Shown in pieces: positions 59,094 to 64,000 of a DNA stretch of 64,000 bases. The translations under genes were made by a program, and so were the position numbers. The notes beneath the pieces were generated by a model. It searched no databases, was not told the origin of the DNA, and was given only the letters and a program-made list of their open reading frames with translations. Where the stretch lies: contig OZ024741.1 in assembly GCA_964016885.1 (NCBI GenBank), positions 39,494,001 through 39,558,000 of the forward strand, given 5' to 3'. The DNA comes from Eledone cirrhosa (taxonomy: Eukaryota). Every line of letters begins with the position of its first letter. Position 1 is the first letter of the stretch.

Positions 59094-59245
59094 CTGTATA
59101 TCTTGTTAATGATCATTGGCATCGTCCTGCCTGTTTGTGTCGAGGACTTAGCACTCCCTTCTCCTTTACTGCTTCCTCAAATTCTTTCTTATAGCCACAG
59201 TAATTAGCCCTTCTTTCTCAACTGGGCGTGGGTCCTATGATGGAG

Positions 59246-59278
<33 letters not shown>

Positions 59279-59286
<8 letters not shown>

Positions 59287-59899
59287 TGAGAAGAATGGAG
59301 TGCTGCGTGGTTGCATATGGATTACATATGAATAAAATTAGTCCTTCATCAGTGATTTTTCAACCGTCATTGGTATTTCATCGTTTTATAAATCATATAC
59401 CTCTAGTTGGTGCGAGCAATAACTAAATAAAGCTATTGGGACAAGTAATATAGCGTGAAGCGAGCGAGACATGTAAACAAACAAAGATGGTATTGCAACG
59501 AAAGGATAGAAAGAAACAAGTACATGATATCTATTAAGCTTAAGCTTGGTGAATTCATGGACGAGAGATATACAGACCATCCGACATGGGTGAGATGTGA
59601 GCGAGAAAAGGCTTTCACACAGGTCAAACGGGAGGAAGTGAGAGAGGTGGAGAAGCAGAGAGTGAGTGAGTGGAAGTGTGAGGAAGAGGCCAGTCGAGAG
59701 AGAGTGTGACTGACAGAGCAGAGGGGTAAAAGAAGGTGAGAGATAAAGAGAGAGGGGGGAAGCAGTAAGACAGAAACAGACAATCGCAACTGAGGATTAA
59801 GTATAAATATGAGAAGAATGGAGTGCTGCGTGGTTGCACATGGGTTACATATGAATAAAATTAGTAGTCCTTCATCAGTGATTTTCCAACCTTTCATCG

Positions 59900-59905
<6 letters not shown>
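59279..59905 (-). mobile_element. Non-coding partial-tandem element (523-bp period, ~105-bp terminal direct repeats), pLTR-like
   Basis: 59279-59390 repeated at 59802-59905, each with minus-strand CTGATGAAGGAC; TA on both sides. Confidence 0.75.
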
Positions 59906-59980
<75 letters not shown>

Positions 59981-60169
59981 TTGAAAAAGATCGTTCTTGC
60001 TCCAATCAGTCTTCAAACACTCAGCAAACACCATACACCGAACGGCAACTGCCGTCATGACCCCTGCCAAACCTAATCCTACCCACTCTCCAAATTCGGC
60101 AAACCAAACACGGAGCATTCACTTTCCCAAACTCGACATATCTTACAAGACCGCAACAGCCAGCAAATT

Positions 60170-60267
<98 letters not shown>

Positions 60268-60909
60268 CATATATATATACGCATACGCAAAAATATATAT
60301 ATATACACACACACACATATATATATATATAATACATACATATATATATACATATACATATATACATATATATGTGGGGTGGGGTGGTTGAACAATGAAA
60401 ATATAATAATATTCGAAGATAGGTTCTTAATTAGTTCATTGATTTACGATCGTTTCTGAGGGTTGATTGATCAAGGTAAATCGATATATTGATTAATATG
60501 TAGCGGTTATGTCACCACCTATCTCTACTCTCGATATCCCTGTTCTATCTCACCCTCTTCCTCACCCTCCAGTAATATTGACTAGTCTCCTTCCCACACA
60601 CACAACATCCCCTCATATACATCTCTCTTTCAGGTATGTTTTCTATTCGTTTTATCATACGTCGTGTTTTATAATTCTCGTACAACTTTGAATTTTTTTG
60701 GTTTTCACTGCGGCAGTATTTTCGGAAGTTTTTACAACTATAAAAGCTGAATTATAATGTAAATGTCCTGTATTTCATCGGGTCTGGACATTTATGTCAG
60801 ACCTATACCTAGCCTACACCTTGCTTATTGCCATCATCTCTGTCTACGTTTTTGCTGTCAGATGATATTTTGTTTCATTATATTTAATCAAAGTGTGGTG
60901 GATTGACAG

Positions 60910-61205
60910 TAAAATAAAGCACCAGTAACGTACTGGGTCGATTTAATCGACTTTCCCCTCCCTCAAAATTGCTGTCCTTGTGCTTATACTAGAAATCATT
61001 ATATTCAATTAAAGGGCGATGTATTGGCAGTATCGGTAGAGGGTCGAACGCCATGGTTTACAGCAAAGAGTTACGGGCATTTACGTTCTGAGCTCAAATC
61101 CCACCAAGGTTAACTTTGCTTTTCATCCTTACGTGGTGGATAAAATAAAGTACCAGTAATGCCCTGGGGTAATTGCTGGCCTTGTGCCAAAAGTAGAAGC
61201 AATTA
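60910..61205 (+). mobile_element. Two adjacent family A-related SINEs
   Basis: Tail fragment then a full copy from ~61023. Confidence 0.8.
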
Positions 61206-61599
61206 GATTTAATTAACCCTTTACCGTTCTGTTCTTTCCTGGTTATTATCCATTATGACTACCTCTTTCATTTCCTCCTCAATTTAGACTTCCTACGTGA
61301 GGTTAATTCTATTCTGTATTTTCGTTAAATCTCGCCTCTGACAACCTCTCTCGCTTTCTGCAATGAATGTTGTCTCCATTTCTCCTGACTCTTCGGCTGA
61401 ATGAGCAAACGTCTTGTTAAATAGCGTTACACTTATCTCTCTTTCTTTTTTTTTTTTTTTTGTGTAACGACTATATAAGGTTATATGATTGCTTTATTAT
61501 ATAGGCTTATAATTTTGTAACAAAATGACTTGTAAGATTTTGCGTGTTATGTCCTTCACGTCTCTCTTCGAGGTAAGTTCTATTTTTGACCGCTTTTGT

Positions 61600-61990
61600 T
61601 TTTGTCTTATTTAGACTAACAAGCGGGCGAAACGGGATTCCTCGGAAGGGTCTTTGGAGTAACGGTACTAGACAGAGTGCTTGGAGATCAGAGAGTCACT
61701 CCAGGTAGAGCCGCTACTTCTCCGATTTGAGAGATCATAGCTCAGATACTATGGGCATGTGGTTAAAATATCTCAAGAAAGAATCGCTGGATAAATTTTA
61801 CAGGCAAAACCAACCGACAGGGCACCAAGGGGTAGACTCCGAGCAAAATGGTTGAATAACATCCACGAGCTTGGCTGGTCTCGCTTGGAGATCCAGTCGG
61901 ATCAGTTGGATACGGTTACTTCTGACAGGAAGAGTTTGAGGACTCTGCCCCACGACCCTCTCAGCAATAAGTTGGTGAAGAAGAAGACTA
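61600..61990 (+). mobile_element. RTE LINE 3' remnant
   Basis: GFLGRVFGVTVLDRV..VEPLLLRFERS*LRYYGHV..PRGRLRAKW; (GAA)n tail. Confidence 0.78.
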
Positions 61991-63140
61991 TATACAATGT
62001 GTATGATAACTTTTATACAAAGTCACATATTTCATTTATTCTTTGTATGTTTTTTCCTGTCGTTTTCTGGTATCTCTCTTCTAGATGTAGTCTTTTAATT
62101 TGTCTCGCTTTACATCTATGTTGTCATTCACGGAGAGTATTGCAACTATTTTGCTTTTTTACTGTGTTGGTATTCTTGAAATTGGGGATTTCATTTCTTT
62201 GCCCCAATACATTACATATTGTAGATGTTAAAGAGTATAAAAAAAGTGTAATATACATACAAGTGCGCGTGTGTTCAGTATGAATAAAAGTACATACAAG
62301 TGAACTTCTAAAAAGAGACCAGCGAGAAGCCCATCAAGCCCACAGTCACCCTGAGCATCGAGGGCAAGTACCCTCTCCACGAAAAGGGACCTCTTTTCAG
62401 ACATACAGGCTTATGTTGTGAGAGATCCAATTATTGTCTCCATCTTTTGCCAAATTCACCCACCTTTTGAATAAATCATTGAAAGAGAAATCACCAATTT
62501 CCACTCTCGCTTTCGTTTTCAAATAGAATTTGAAAAAGTCTATGATCGTCGAAGAAAACGTTTAAAAATACTTTTCTCAGCCCTCTCAACCTCGTTTACC
62601 ATAAGTCAACAATCAGAAAAGAAAAAACGGCTTCCTCTTCTCTGTTGAAAAAATGGCGATGTGAACCTGAAGATGGATTCGGGCGTTAAGCGGATTTGTT
62701 CTCCTTGAAATTTCGTCAAGGAGACAAGTTGGGGAAAAAGCAAGCCTCACGAACGGTTATCCTACATGTTTACCATGTGAGCATATCTGCAAATGCTGCA
62801 TTATCGGCACATGTCTGTAAGTCAGCAGCCATTTGTCTCTAATTTAAGCAAAAGCCAGCCATTTTGGAATGTTAAAGTCATTTAAATTGATCCTAATATT
62901 TAGCTGATACTTGATTTTATCGATATCGGCAGATTTGAACTCAATACGTAGAAAGCCAGAATAAATACGCTTTGGCGATTTTGCCCATCCGGTATAAAAT
63001 CTTACACTCATCCCGGACCATGAGACAACGTGAACAACAAGCGAAATTTGAACTCAGAATATTAACTGACATATCTAAAGAAATAGTTTTTATTCGGTAG
63101 TAGTACCGTTTCTATCATAGTACTGCATTCCATCCCTCTT

Positions 63141-63268
63141 GAAGAAGAAGAAGAAGAAGAAGAAGAAGAAGAAGAAGAAGAAGAAGAAGAAGAAGAAGAA
63201 GAAGAAGAAGAAGAAGAAGAAGAAGAAGAAGAAGAAGAAGAAGAAGAAGAAGAAGAAGAAGAAGAAGA
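63141..63268. repeat. (GAA)n microsatellite
   Basis: Direct inspection. Confidence 0.95.
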
Positions 63269-63698
63269 ATGAAATAAAACTGAAAGGCCATCAATAAAAA
63301 AAGACGAACTGTAACAATATATATCATAAACAAAAATCCTAACATAAAAAAAAAACTACAACAGCAACAACGACGACAACAACATCTACTATGCCTGAAC
63401 AACGAGTGTCTGTCCGAAATATTGAAGGTTTAAGAGATTTAAGGCAGGGTATTATAGTTATGATGAGGTGTCATCATTTTATTGAAAAAGAAACATTACA
63501 ATGTCAATAAAACAATAACAACAATAACAACAATAACAAAGCAAAAACGAAAAATATGAGGAAAAATCAGTATAGAATCTGAAAGTGATCTGTCTTTCTC
63601 ACACTCCAGCTTCCCCTCTTTCCCCGCTCTTATACATATATATATATGTGTGTGTGTATATATATATATGTATATATATGTATATATATATATATATA

Positions 63699-63790
<92 letters not shown>

Positions 63791-63864
63791 CATATATATA
63801 TACATACATATATATATATATGTATGTATATGTATACATATACATATATGTATATATATATATG

Positions 63865-63929
<65 letters not shown>

Positions 63930-63942
63930 ATGTATACATATG

Positions 63943-63973
<31 letters not shown>

Positions 63974-64000
63974 GCACATATATATATATATATATATATA

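Overview
Repeat-saturated, AT-rich eukaryotic DNA with no intact host protein-coding gene. The SINE/LINE content and extreme (TA)n/(CA)n density suggest a cephalopod (Octopus-like) genome; this is inferred, not searched. Conventional content: a 5'-truncated R4/Dong-type LINE pseudogene (RT, zinc knuckle, restriction-like endonuclease), remnants of RTE, Tx1-like, CRE-like and Penelope (GIY-YIG) retroelements, many tRNA-derived SINEs, Tigger-like MITEs, a non-autonomous Helitron and two long satellites. The main unexplained signal is that most short 'unique' islands between (TA)n tracts are termini of Penelope-like elements. About 20 of them, from roughly ten sequence families, carry intact, variant or partial type I hammerhead-ribozyme motifs (CUGANGA..GAAA, palindromic stem III, NUH site). 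They are often folded back into long palindromes or partial tandems, and several share a GTATTGAGTAC motif about 40-55 nt from the microsatellite junction. A Helitron inserted into one palindrome arm shows at least that palindrome is genomic. A heavily decayed GPCR-like relic may lie at ~37 kb. Nearly all ORFs in the supplied track are microsatellite artefacts.
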